DNA of 20,000 bases from Ancylonema sp. (GCA_050230475.1 JBFLGF010000135.1:59144-79143), one strand, 5' to 3'; positions 1 to 10,607 are shown, counted from the first letter of the stretch. Notes: generated by a model not told the origin, from the sequence alone. A program made the numbers and translations.

Positions 1-889
1 CCAAACCCTTAAATACCCGGAAATATCCCTAAAAACCCGCACATACCCGGAATAACCCTAGCATATCTTAACATACCCTGAGGGTATTACACCTTCTCAC
101 AAGCTAGAAAAAAAAACCATTTTTTTAAAAAACTTTGCATTACTAAAATTTGATTGTTAAGAGAGTCTCTTTGAAAGACACGCAATCGTAAAGCCTAGAC
201 GTTGTATACATAAATATTTGACGATATCGTTGTAAATAACATGGAGCATGGACCATAGTGGAACATGGAACATGGAGCATGGACCATAGTGACTCGCTCT
301 TCTTATTCTTCCGAAAGATCCACATTCCTCCGAAAGTGTTCCACACATTTCTCATGAGATGGCTCTTCTTCACCAACTGCCTCTTGCGTATCAAGTGACA
401 TGTCCATGACGAAAAATGGTTGCTACTGTGTCCCCAATCCTCAACAAAAAAATAAGCCACCCACCCACATAGCTATTAACGACCTCTACACAAGTCCGAT
501 CCAGGCAGTCTCGAGACTCTCTAAGCCGCGAGCGACAACTTGTCGCGGACAATGGGGATAGGTTTCGCGCCGTTCGCAATAAGGTTTTTGGGCCACAGCC
601 AGGCCGCACAAATTCGTAACTAAAAATTATAGGCGATAAGAGACCGATAGATGACAAAAAAATCCCGGAAGAACTTACCATAACCTACCCTGATGTACCC
701 TGAAGTACCCTCAAATGCCCTCAAATACCCTCATATACCCTAGGGTATTCCGGGTGTTTTCGGGTACGAGGGTTATTCCGGGTTATTTCGGGTTTTTAAC
801 CCGGTTTTTGGATGCCGGGTTATTTGCGGGTTAATACCTCAGGGTTACGGGTTAAGGGTTTTCCGGGTTAAGGGTAGACCGCCACCCTA
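1..889. mobile_element. Probable hAT-superfamily non-autonomous DNA transposon, left end outside window
   Basis: Ends in ...ACCGCCACCCTA at 889 (reverse complement TAGGGTGGCGGT, a TAGGG-type hAT terminus). Dense ~10-bp-period subterminal motifs (A/T)ACCC(G/T) at 1-80 and 686-741, and their inverse (C/A)GGGT(T/A) at 741-876. The partner TIR and TSD cannot be seen; no recognisable transposase. Confidence 0.6.
238..291. repeat. 23-bp direct repeat built from CATGG-type subunits
   Basis: AACATGGAGCATGGACCATAGTG occurs at 238-260 and 269-291. Confidence 0.85.
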
Positions 890-1541
890 CTCCCACGCGG
901 TCAGGCGGTGGCGGACGCTTGAAACAGCCTGCGGACGGGAAACATACCCAAAACCACGCCACGTGTTTGAGGTGTCGCGTGGTGCGTGACTGTAGAGTGA
1001 ATCTAGGCTGGAAAATCTTAGCCGTCTATCGGGGTGTAGATCGAAATTCACCGGTGGGTACGTGCGTGCAGGGGGTGCATCGTATCTGAGGTGGCATACA
1101 ACAATTCCGTGAACGGAGTCCCGAAATTACCCGACTGCCATCCAGACGATGAACGAATTATCTGCAGACTTCCCTCACAGCACTGAATATCATGTTATTT
1201 GCCTGCGACAGACTCTGATTCCTCTCCACTATCACGGAGTTCTTCTTCCAATCCTGAAGTAGGTTACTGAAATACTAGTTGCCGAGTAGGGAGAGTGCTG
1301 TCTGTCGAGGGAAATATTTCATTATCATTCTCTGAATTCGCACAACTTTCAACAGGTTGGCTTCCATCCATGAGAATTGGGTCGATTGTTTTTGCTCCTG
1401 ACCTATCTCCTACTGTCGCTTGGATATTTTAATGGACGTTGTCTACCCATGAATGTCACCATTTCTATCGTTCTGGTTCCAGGCGGGCTATTCATTTGCC
1501 TCTTCCTACCGTTTTGTTTCCCCCCAGTACCCGCAAAAAAG

Positions 1542-2682
1542 ATGTCTTCTCCCAAGTCCGCCGATCACAAGGATGTGCAAGAACATCACAAGAACATTAA
1601 AAGCGGAGTTGAGCGTCTTGACAGACACTCAGGTACAACTGGCATTACACTCACAGCTCATGTCGCTCAGGAGATGTTCGTGCTTCTAATATTGGGACGA
1701 TCGAAAAAACATCAAGTGTTTTTGTACCAAATGTTTTTTTCATTAGTACTGTTCCTGGTAATCACTCAACTGACTTATTTGAATTACACCTAACTGCTTG
1801 AAACAAATCAAATCAAATCAATCATCATGGTTTTGGAGAGCAGCTGGCTGGACGTTACATTCTATCCAACTGAAATGTCGGCAATGTCCCTGCCGTATCA
1901 AAATCATGGCTTGCATGTCCAAGGTACGGTTCGGTTCTATTTTTATATTTTTGTCTTCAGTCAAACGACCTCACGAGGTCTGTATTGTATTGGGAGGCAC
2001 AAAAGTTTCCGAAAGCTTCTCCGAGACGCCCTGCACTAGCGGTGAAAGTATGGGGCAATAGTAGGGCACTAAATTGAGGCCACTGATGCTTTAACCTCAT
2101 AGTGTAGCTGCCATAGTCGCTCAAAAGAGATGCACTTACATGTTGCATTTTTCTGTTATAATTCCCTCCCTCTCATTGAATTCAGCGACTGGAGTTCGAG
2201 GGGAGCCTCGAAAAGGTGGGCGCGTTTCTCTCATGTGAAATTCAGCATCCTGTCTCACCATTGAAGCTAAACAGTACCTGCGTGGCTTGCACCTGCTTGT
2301 TTAACAGTGTGTCAGTTACATGAGCATCAGGGGTCATAGTTTCATTGTTCAAATTCAGCGATGGCCACGATGAAAAATGGTTGTCATCTCTTTACGAAGT
2401 GAAGTTTTTTTCAGATCTACTCGTCTTTGAAGTCAGCATGTCATCTAGGAAGTATCCTCCCAGACAATCCCAAAAATCCGTCAAACTATAGTTGGTATTA
2501 GTCGTATCTGGACTGATTGGGTTGCAGAACATATCTGCTCACAATGATCTGCAGGTGGGGCTGGAGCGAAGGGTGCATGGGGTCTTCCTGGGGAAGAATA
2601 TGACAGCCAGCCAGTAGCAGTGCTCAACGAAAAGGACCCGAACTATGACCCTGAAGAACATGAGGAGAAACTGGTGAAATAG
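1542..2682 (+). CDS. 82-aa protein resembling the PDCD4/MA3-family N-terminal ribosome-binding region (3 coding exons)
   Basis: Exons 1542-1632, 2186-2215 and 2555-2682; both introns are GT-AG, phase 1, with CAG acceptors. Total 249 nt ending TAG. Translation: MSSPKSADHKDVQEHHKNIKSGVERLDRHSATGVRGEPRKGGAGAKGAWGLPGEEYDSQPVAVLNEKDPNYDPEEHEEKLVK. It carries LDRxS, GxPxKGGAGxKGxWG and DPNYD motifs in PDCD4 order and spacing. An acceptor ending at 1527 implies an upstream (UTR or coding) exon. TGTAA motifs follow the stop at about 2793, 2903 and 3029. Confidence 0.8.
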
Positions 2683-3515
2683 AGTGTTGCCAGAAAACGT
2701 ATTCTCGTTAGATGTTGTATTTGTATTGTTTCCTATTGAGGACTTCCCGGAGGATACAATCAGGTTGTACCATTTTTCGTGAGGATAGGCTTTGTAACAT
2801 TCGAGTAACATTGGGGTGGTAATATACCATCTGTAGTAGATTCATGTGTGCATATTGTTGTTTATTTCCTACGGACATTTTTTTCCGAAACCACTTCAAC
2901 TTTGTAATGTGCTCGTTGGACACGTATGAAACACGATTTGGACACAGCTTTAAATAACATGTGGTCATGAGAATATGTTGAAGACTTTTGGCTTTCGCCC
3001 CCCTCCAAGGTATTTGTCTTTGAAAAATTGTAACATGACAAAATCATTTGTGTATTAATAATTGGTCATACATGTGGACGCGGCATGCTTGTGAGGTAGA
3101 TATTAAATGTTCGCTCTCGCTCTTCGGATGGCATGACACGTGCTTCTTGAAATTTATGATCTCCGAAGTCTGGTTTCCGGTACTCATAACTCCCGCATCG
3201 CATGGCAAATTGTTGTCGCCAATTTTGATGTTGAGCTTGTCTTCAGGATTCTGGCCTTCGACTCGATGACTTGGAATTCCTGATTCTGAATTTCCGAACC
3301 TCCGACCTTTAATTTGTGAATGTGTCATGCCAATCCGCACCGTCTTCTTCTCTCCACTCCGGGTCCCATACCCATCTGCCACCGTCACCGATGTCGATGT
3401 CGTCGTGCTGGTCCGTGTTACTTGCGAGCCGAAGCTTGAGTATCTGAATTCGCCGGAGGCTGGCTTCTTCGACCTTCTCTTGCATCACCGGAGGGGCTGG
3501 TTCTGACCGTATCTC

Positions 3516-3945
3516 TGTGAGTGCTTTCTTCTGCCATCAATGCAAGAATAAAGCACAACTCTCTCAGACAACTCTTGAATCGACAGATCACGTCATTACA
3601 AACGTTGACACAACAAAAGTGCAAGGTTGAAGTAGAAAGTCTGATTAAGGACTTCAGCATGCAAGCTCAGACCTAGTACAGTCAATTGTTGCCTGGTCAA
3701 AGAATCTGCCGGTATCGAAACTACTTCGTCAATTGCCAATCATATCTAAGCATTCTGCCACATCAACTAGTTCTTATCGACACTTGTGCAGATGGCCCAG
3801 TAATCATTAAAACAAGGACGTCGGCCTGCAGCCGGCCTGCAGCCTGCCAGCAGCCTGCATTTGCTGAATAACGACAAAACTAAAGCTAAATTCCCGGTGC
3901 TAAAATCGATATAACGCAAAAGTTCACAGCCCCTAAAAACTAACA
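3516..3945 (-). repeat. 3' LTR of the copia element (430 bp)
   Basis: Direct repeat of 8508-8924; on the - strand it starts TGTTAG and ends CTCACA. Confidence 0.95.
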
Positions 3946-3955
3946 CCCCCTCCCT
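3946..3955 (-). other. Polypurine tract (PPT)
   Basis: AGGGAGGGGG on the - strand immediately before the TG of the 3' LTR. Confidence 0.9.
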
Positions 3956-4037
3956 GGGTACTTTTGTATTCCCCCTCCAAAAACGAATAACCAACAAACC
4001 GATATCGATTTTACGAACACAAATTGACAAAAACTCA

Positions 4038-7000
4038 CTAATACACCAACCCCACCAGATCACAATTCTTCTTCAACACCTTGACAGACACTGGTTTTTT
4101 TTTTGTCAACATATCAGCCTGGTCTTCATTCTTGACAAACTGTAGACTGATTTTTTTCTTGGACACCCTCTCTCGAATGGAATGATACTTGATCTCGATG
4201 TCTTTGGAGCGCTTGTGAAAAACAGGATTTTCAGCAAGATTCAAAGAACTCTCATTGTCTCCCAGCAATAGCACACCCCCCCCACCAATACCCAACTCCT
4301 TTTGCATCTGGCTCAAATAAATGGCCTCAATTTCGAGCAACACTCAATGCCAAATACTCACTCTCACAGCTTGAGTGTCTGACTGTCTCCAGGAGACCAC
4401 TTTTCCAGCTCACAGCAACTCCTCCACTAAGAAAGACATAGCCAGTTCTCCCCTTCCTAGTGTCGACGTCGTCACCATGACTAGCATCTGAGTAGCCGAT
4501 GACCGGCAAATCACCTCCTTTCTTATACATCAGCCCCAAATTGACAGTTCCCTTGAGATATCGCAAAACTCTCTTTACCCCCTCCCAATGCTTGTCCCCT
4601 GACTGCTGACTGTATCGACACAAGGAGTTAACAGCGGCTGCCAGATCAGGTCTTGTTCCGAAAGTGAGATACAGCAAACTGCCCATTGCAGACTTGTAGC
4701 CCACACCCTCTATTCCAGCAGATTCAGAAGCAGATTCCAGTTTGCAGAAAATTTGACACCCAGCTCAAGAGGAGTAGAAGCAGAATTGCAATCTTGCATC
4801 CCAAACTTGGTGAGGAGATCTCTGGCATATTTCTCTTGCACTAAAAACACGTTTCCATCAGACTGCCGTCGAATCTCAAGCCCCATCAATAATTTTGCTT
4901 CCCCCAAGTCTTTCATGTTATACTTCTTTCCCAGCCCTCTTTTCACCCCAAAAATAGCATCCAGCCTGATGCAGAGGAGAAACACATTATCCACATAGAG
5001 CGCCAAGTAGAGTGCTTCTGGCCCTGCTCCCAGAATATAAAGGTCAAAATCTGAAGCGAGACGATGAAACTGCAAGCTTTTCAGCACGTCGTCGATGTGC
5101 TGATTCCATCCTCTCGGTGCCTGCTTGAGGCCATACAAGCACCTGAGTAGTAGCCACACCAAATCTGCTTCACCAAGCCCACACGTGCCGTCAGGGGCCT
5201 TCATGTACACCTCCTCTTCCAGGGGTGCATGGAGAAAAGCTGTCGTTACATCCATCTGATGCATGTGTAGACCCCTGGAAGCTCCCATGGCAACAAGTTG
5301 GCGAATGCTCTCAAAACGAACAGTTGGAGAAAAGGTCTGATCGTAGTCCTCTCCCTCTACTTGACTGAACCCCTTAGCCACAACTCTTGCTTTGTATTTT
5401 TCTACAGAACCATCTGCATTGAATTTGATTTTGAACACCCACTTTGACTTCACAACTTTCTTCCCCTTCGGCCTTGACACAAGTCGATAGACCTGGTTTT
5501 CTTGTAGACTTGCCATTTTTGCAGCCATTGCATCTTTCCACTCAGCTGCTTGTGGGCTGTTAAGAGCGTCCTCGACAGTCGTTGGTGTCTTTATCTCACT
5601 TTCCAAGTTGGCAACAAAAGCAGCAACAAATTTGTTGGGATGCATTCCTCTGTTCTCCCTTGCAGATCGACGAATAGGCTCTGGATCATCGATAGAAGTT
5701 TCTGAAAAATTGTCGTTCACGCCCATTGGATTAAGAGGAGTAGCATCATCTGGATACCATTTTGGACCATCTTCCAGATGATCTTTGTCTTCATCGCCTC
5801 CACTAGAATTGGTGACAAGTTCTTGAAGATTTGCACTCTGAGGAAGAGGAGATCTCGGAAGCTGTGGCAATGGATTTCCCACAACATCAGGGATCTCTTC
5901 ATCGACAGAATTTGGATCGACATAGGCAGGTTGCCCACCTCTAAAAATGCCCCCTCCGAGGCCAACACTACCCCCTCTTGCTCCTTGATCAGCTGCATCC
6001 AGATCTGGCCATGACATTTTTGTTTATGCAACTGGCTCATGCACTCTTGCCTTCTTGCCAATTTTTTGTCCCCTCCACGAGCTTTGCTTGACAGATTCAT
6101 CGAAGGTCTACATGACCAGTGCCAACGTTGTGTACTTTGTTCGTTGCAAGATCCCAGACTCGGTGTAGCAAGGACTGTCGGGATTCCATCCAACTAACAC
6201 ACCAAGAAGCCAGCGCACTCATTTTCCCAGCCCGATCTTATTTCCCAGTCGCCATAAACTTGCAGCCGAATGATCGAAGATGATCAATCTTTGGAACTTC
6301 TCCTGACCACATCTCCTCTGGAGTTTTTGGAAGTCCGCTGACTTGACATCGATTTCTGAGGTATGAAGCTAAGGAGATTGCTTCTGCCCACAGACCAGGA
6401 GGAAGTTGCATGTGCAAAAACATAGAGCGAGCCCTATCTTGCAACGTACGATTCATGCGCTGTGTGATTGCATTGCCTTGAGGAGTGTTTGGCGGAGTTG
6501 TCTCATGTCTGATGCCATGCCTCTGTTTTTGAGCCACCTTTTGCAGATCACCATCGATAAACTCTCCTCCTCGATCTGATCTCAGATTTTTCACAGGTTT
6601 CCAAGCTTGTCTTTCCCAGATTGTGATCCATTGCTTTAGACGAGGAGCTGCATCATCTTTGCTGCGAAGTATTTCCACCCAGGATTTTCGACTGTGTTCA
6701 TCGACGAGCACCATGTTGTACACCCCCCTATTGATGCTGGATTGAACGGCCTTGCCAAGTCCACCGACACTCTTCCTAGGCAGACTTGTTCTCCTGCACC
6801 ACCTTCTCGTCGAGGATGAGGTTTGTCGTGTGCCTTCCCCAGCTTGCACCCTTCACAATTTTGCAGAACTCCTGAGATGCCTCCTTCCAGTCCTCGTACA
6901 AAGATGTTGTCGTGCCACATTTTTGAGCACTCTCTCATTTGCCATGCCCAAGTCTCGTGTGCAGGAGGTCGATTTCGACTGCAGCTACAACAGCTTCCCC

Positions 7001-8529
7001 TTCAGTAAGGTTGCTGATGTCGAACCGGTGTGCAGATGAGAGTTTTTCGACGTGTCGATGTTTCTTGCAGAGTGCAGACTTGTTGTCTTGATTTGCTGTA
7101 AATTGGAATGATGCCACCAGCTTTTCCACTGCAAGTGTAAGACCACCCTGCTTCTCTGGCTTTCTGACCGCTGAACAAATTAATGCGCATCCTAGGAACA
7201 AACATTTCTTGAGTGTTACTCCTCCACACTCTCCCTCAGTATTCAACTCAATTGTTCCCCATTATTTCACTCGCACACTTCCGACCAGATGATGCATGAT
7301 GACCTCGTGTGGAATGTCTTCGAGGATTTTGAAAAGATTTTTCTGCCCACAGGAATGGTGACTGACTGGAACCATCGTCGAAAAGGAAATCTTTCTCTGC
7401 ATCATCATCATCCGCAACAAACATTTCCTTCACAGATTTCAGCGATGATAGCTTCTGCATGACCACAGCTCTTCCCTTGATCGATTTCGCCAACGAAAGC
7501 TCTTTTTCTCCCAGTGCGTACCCTCTTTCTCTGCATTCGTGGAGCTTCGTTTTTCTTGTCGAAACATGTTAATTCCACATGACCAATGGCTCCACAATAT
7601 TTGCATTCTTCGTTTTTCTTGGAGCAGTCTCTGCTGTAGTGACCTGTCTCTCCACAAGTATAGCAGGAATGTCCTCCACTTGATCCACTGCCTCCACCTG
7701 TGCCTCCACGACCACCTCTGATTCCACGATTATCTGCCGAATACCCCCTGAATGTACCCCTGCCTCCACGATTGTCGATACCACCATCGCTCCACTTAGC
7801 ATAGTTTGCCTCTACAACTACCACTAGTACCTCAGCATCTTGTACATCTTTTACTTTCTTCTTGTCGTCCAGCTCATCCATTCCCATCTTCTGCCCCCAG
7901 ATCCAGCTGATCCCAGGTGCCTCTTTTTTCTGTCCATAGTAAAAAAGCTTCTTCAACATGCCGTATTTTGTTCTTGACCGTATTTTGCTCTTGACATGCC
8001 AGCAAACAATGCCATCACCTTATCTTCTGCGCTGACTGGAAATTTTTGATGTACACACTCTCTGATGATCGACAGAGAAGTATTCTTGATTTCTCTGGAT
8101 CTTGAAAGATTTCAGCTTTTCTTTTGCAATCTGTCGAAGTTCTGGAGACACCTTGTCATACTCCTCTGTCAGATAGTCCCACATCGCCGTTGGATCTCGT
8201 TCAAATTGTTCAAGTGATGTAGCGATTCATCATCACTGACAAGTTGCATGAGTAGCATAACTGCCTTCTGATCTTTTGCGGAAGCTTCTGACATCAAGTG
8301 TATACTGCTCCATTTCTGCTTCATTTGTTGGCCAGTGTTCATCATCATTTCTGGCTGTAACCTTAGTTGGAATAGTCTCTGTTCCTTTGCATATCTCAAG
8401 GCACTCAGCATCATCAAGAGTAGCTGAGGCCTTAGATCTCCATGCTTGAAAGATAACTTTATCTCCATCTAGAATGCAGTACCGTGCTCTGATACCTGTG
8501 ATACCACTGTGAGTGCTTTCTACTGCCAT
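4038..8529 (-). pseudogene. Frameshifted copia gag-pol polyprotein
   Basis: Fragments across several frames: gag N-terminus (LDGDKVIFQAWRSKA); two CCHC knuckles (CYTCGETGHYSRDC, CKYCGAIGHVELTC); protease FLFDDGSS; integrase HHCC (LLHTRLGH, CEGCKLGK) and core (VSVDL, LVDEHSR, LRSDRGGEF, QRMNRTL); RT (KARVVAKGFSQ, HQMDVTTAFL, LYGLKQAP, LYVDN); RNase H (GYSDAS, GDNESS, ADMLTK). Catalytic changes YVDD->YVDN and ERMN->QRMN. Confidence 0.93.
8486..8506 (-). other. Primer-binding site, tRNA-iMet type, with internal 9-bp duplication
   Basis: TGGTATCACAGGTATCAGAGC, 1 nt after the 5' LTR, versus the canonical TGGTATCAGAGC. Confidence 0.85.
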
Positions 8530-8924
8530 CGATGCAAGAATAAAGCACAATTCTCTCAGACAACTCTTGAATCGACAGATCACGTCATGACACAACAAAA
8601 GTGCAAGTTGAAGGTAGAAAAGTCTGATTACAGAATTTAGCACATACAAGCTCAGACCCTAGTACAGTCGATTGTTGCCTGGTCAAAGAATCTGCCGGTT
8701 ATCGAAACTACTTCGTCAATTGCCAATCATATCTAAGCCATTCTGCCACATCCAACTAGTTCTTATCGACACTTGTGCCAGATGGCCAAGTAATCATTAA
8801 AACAAGGACGTCGGCCTGCAGGCCTGCAGCCTGCATTTGCTGAATAACGACAAAAAAAGCTAAATTCCCGGTATTGCTAAAAATCGATATAACGACAAAA
8901 GTTCACAGCCCCTAAAAACTAACA
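8508..8924 (-). repeat. 5' LTR of the copia element (417 bp)
   Basis: Direct repeat of 3516-3945 with TG...CA ends, adjacent to the PBS. Confidence 0.95.
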
Positions 8925-9119
8925 ATCTTCATATCCAACGTCATGCACTCGTAGTTTGCTCTTTCCTCTGTTTTACTTTTCTCTTCACTCAGCACGTAGC
9001 CGGATTGAAGGTCACCGAACTCTCATCTCTTCCGAACTCTTTGCCAATTCAGCATAGTACTTCGCTTGGGAACTTTGCCACTCCGCCGTCGGCAGGTGTC
9101 GACGTCGTCAGGCTTTGCT

Positions 9120-9134
9120 CTGGCTCTAATACCA
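9120..9134 (-). other. Second, orphan tRNA-iMet-type PBS (remnant of an older LTR element)
   Basis: TGGTATTAGAGCCAG, 14/15 identical to TGGTATCAGAGCCAG, directly preceded by ...AACA as expected for an LTR end. No partner LTR recognised. Confidence 0.55.
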
Positions 9135-9270
9135 TGTTCGACTTTGCTCTTTATCTCATTCGCTTCTGTCCTTTTGTGAACAGGAATCTGCCTCTGCCTC
9201 TATGTGGGCAGGAACGCTAGTGGCCGGGAATAAAACGCATTACGCATTGCTCACCACTTTGTTGAAAAAG

Positions 9271-9391
9271 TCATCGTGATTGTCGTCATCATCATCATCA
9301 TCATTACCATCATCGTCATCGTCATCGCCATCATCATCATCATCACCATCAGCCTATCATCCTTATCTTTATTATCATTATCGTCACCGTC
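9271..9391. repeat. Degenerate (ATC)n microsatellite
   Basis: Runs of CATCATCAT with CGT/CAC/TAT variants. Confidence 0.9.
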
Positions 9392-9450
9392 CACTCCCAT
9401 TCCCATACTAGTTGGTTGTATGAGGAGTTTTGAGTTGGAACATCAAACTA

Positions 9451-10019
9451 CCGTAGCGGCCAGAGATAATGCGCCAAAAAATAATTTCCAAAGTGCCTCG
9501 CGCACACGTTTTTGGCGCATACTACATTGATTATTTATACCTCGCTCAATCACCGTTTTGGCGCAAATAAATAAATCAAATTGACGAAATTTTGGTGCAA
9601 AAATATGAAAAGCGGAAATTCATATTCTACATCGGTGACATAATTTCAATAATTATTATGGCGAGAGGTGTTCGTAATCAAGATTTGCTCCACGCCACGG
9701 GCTCTGAGCTGCGCCATCCCGGGCTTGTGTACGAAAAGCGGTCTTTGACCTGGTCGTTGGGTTCGAGGAGCCCAGTACCCAAGGGTTGAGGTCTCGCTCG
9801 TCCCTCTGTAGGGTGGCGCAAGTAAAATTGTATCATATTTAATAAAGAGGAAAACTCGTGGCGCAACTATTTTTTGGGTCGTTTTATTAATAACATTTTG
9901 TCTGGCGCACACTTCTGGAGCGTACTAATTAATTAAAATTTGGTTGGCGCAATAGTTTGGAGCCTACCTCTAATAATTATTTTTCGGATTTGTTGGCGCA
10001 TTATCTCTGGCCGCTACGG
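9451..10019. mobile_element. MITE, Tc1/mariner superfamily (Tc2/pogo-like CCGTA termini), 569 bp
   Basis: Perfect 27-bp TIRs CCGTAGCGGCCAGAGATAATGCGCCAA (9451-9477; inverse at 9993-10019), TA on both sides (9449-9450, 10020-10021), no recognisable coding sequence, internal repeats of TGGCGCA. Confidence 0.92.
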
Positions 10020-10607
10020 TATCCATTCTACTAGAAATCGTTAACACTGTCAACGACTTCTAGGAGTGGCAAGTTGGCAACTTGAGAGAGACGTCGGTTG
10101 TCATGGTGTTCTACCTATGAGGTACACGTCAAAACACTACAAATTCTACAACTTTCCTTTGTGTTTGATATTGGGTTTGGATATGGTAGTTTGCATAACA
10201 CTTGTTGGTACTCATGGGTATTTCGGTCTTTACTACCACACTCAAATACAATGTAGGATAAGGATTAGAGTTTCCACCGATTTAACATGTACTACAACTT
10301 CTCTTCTCTTCACTACATCCAATCGGATTTATGGTAGAATGGAACAATCTCGTGGCACAAAACAAATACAGCCCTTTCCACCACTTAGTTCTCACCTACA
10401 AAATGTCAGTCTTCACTAGTATTCATATACACTTTTGTGAATATCGTGTCACTTTTCTAGACCACAACCCAAATTGATCAAGTTTCCCGTTTTCAACCAC
10501 AACAAGCTCACGACGTTATCCAATCTCTAACTTCAATGCTAGCCATTCAAGATGTGTAGCTGTCCCTCTATCCCTGTGTAACAACATCGTTTACGACTCC
10601 TCACACA

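Larger units (their letters stand above)
3516..8924 (-). mobile_element. Ty1/copia LTR retrotransposon, full length (5409 bp), degenerate
   Basis: Paired TG...CA LTRs, near-perfect 5-bp TSD (ATCTC 3511-3515 / ATCTT 8925-8929), tRNA-iMet-type PBS, PPT, and domain order gag-PR-INT-RT-RNaseH, which is diagnostic of copia. Confidence 0.97.

Noticed and set aside
1..876. Telomeric repeat or CRISPR-like array
   Set aside because: Units are degenerate ~10-mers in both orientations ending at a TIR-like terminus; there is no constant repeat-spacer structure and the context is eukaryotic.
1377..1793. 138-aa ORF as a single-exon membrane protein
   Set aside because: Only 1542-1632 fits the spliced model; the hydrophobic flanks are T-rich intron sequence with an acceptor at 1527 and a donor at 1633.
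3108..3124. Possible partner LTR end for the orphan PBS (TGTTCGCTCTCGCTCTT vs TGTTCGACTTTGCTCTT at 9135)
   Set aside because: Similarity does not extend beyond about 17 nt; likely chance.
3418..3660. Similar ORFs at 3418-3660 and 8233-8649 as duplicated genes
   Set aside because: The similarity comes entirely from the two LTR copies.
9276..9530. Poly-Ile 84-aa ORF
   Set aside because: Translation of the (ATC)n microsatellite running into the MITE.
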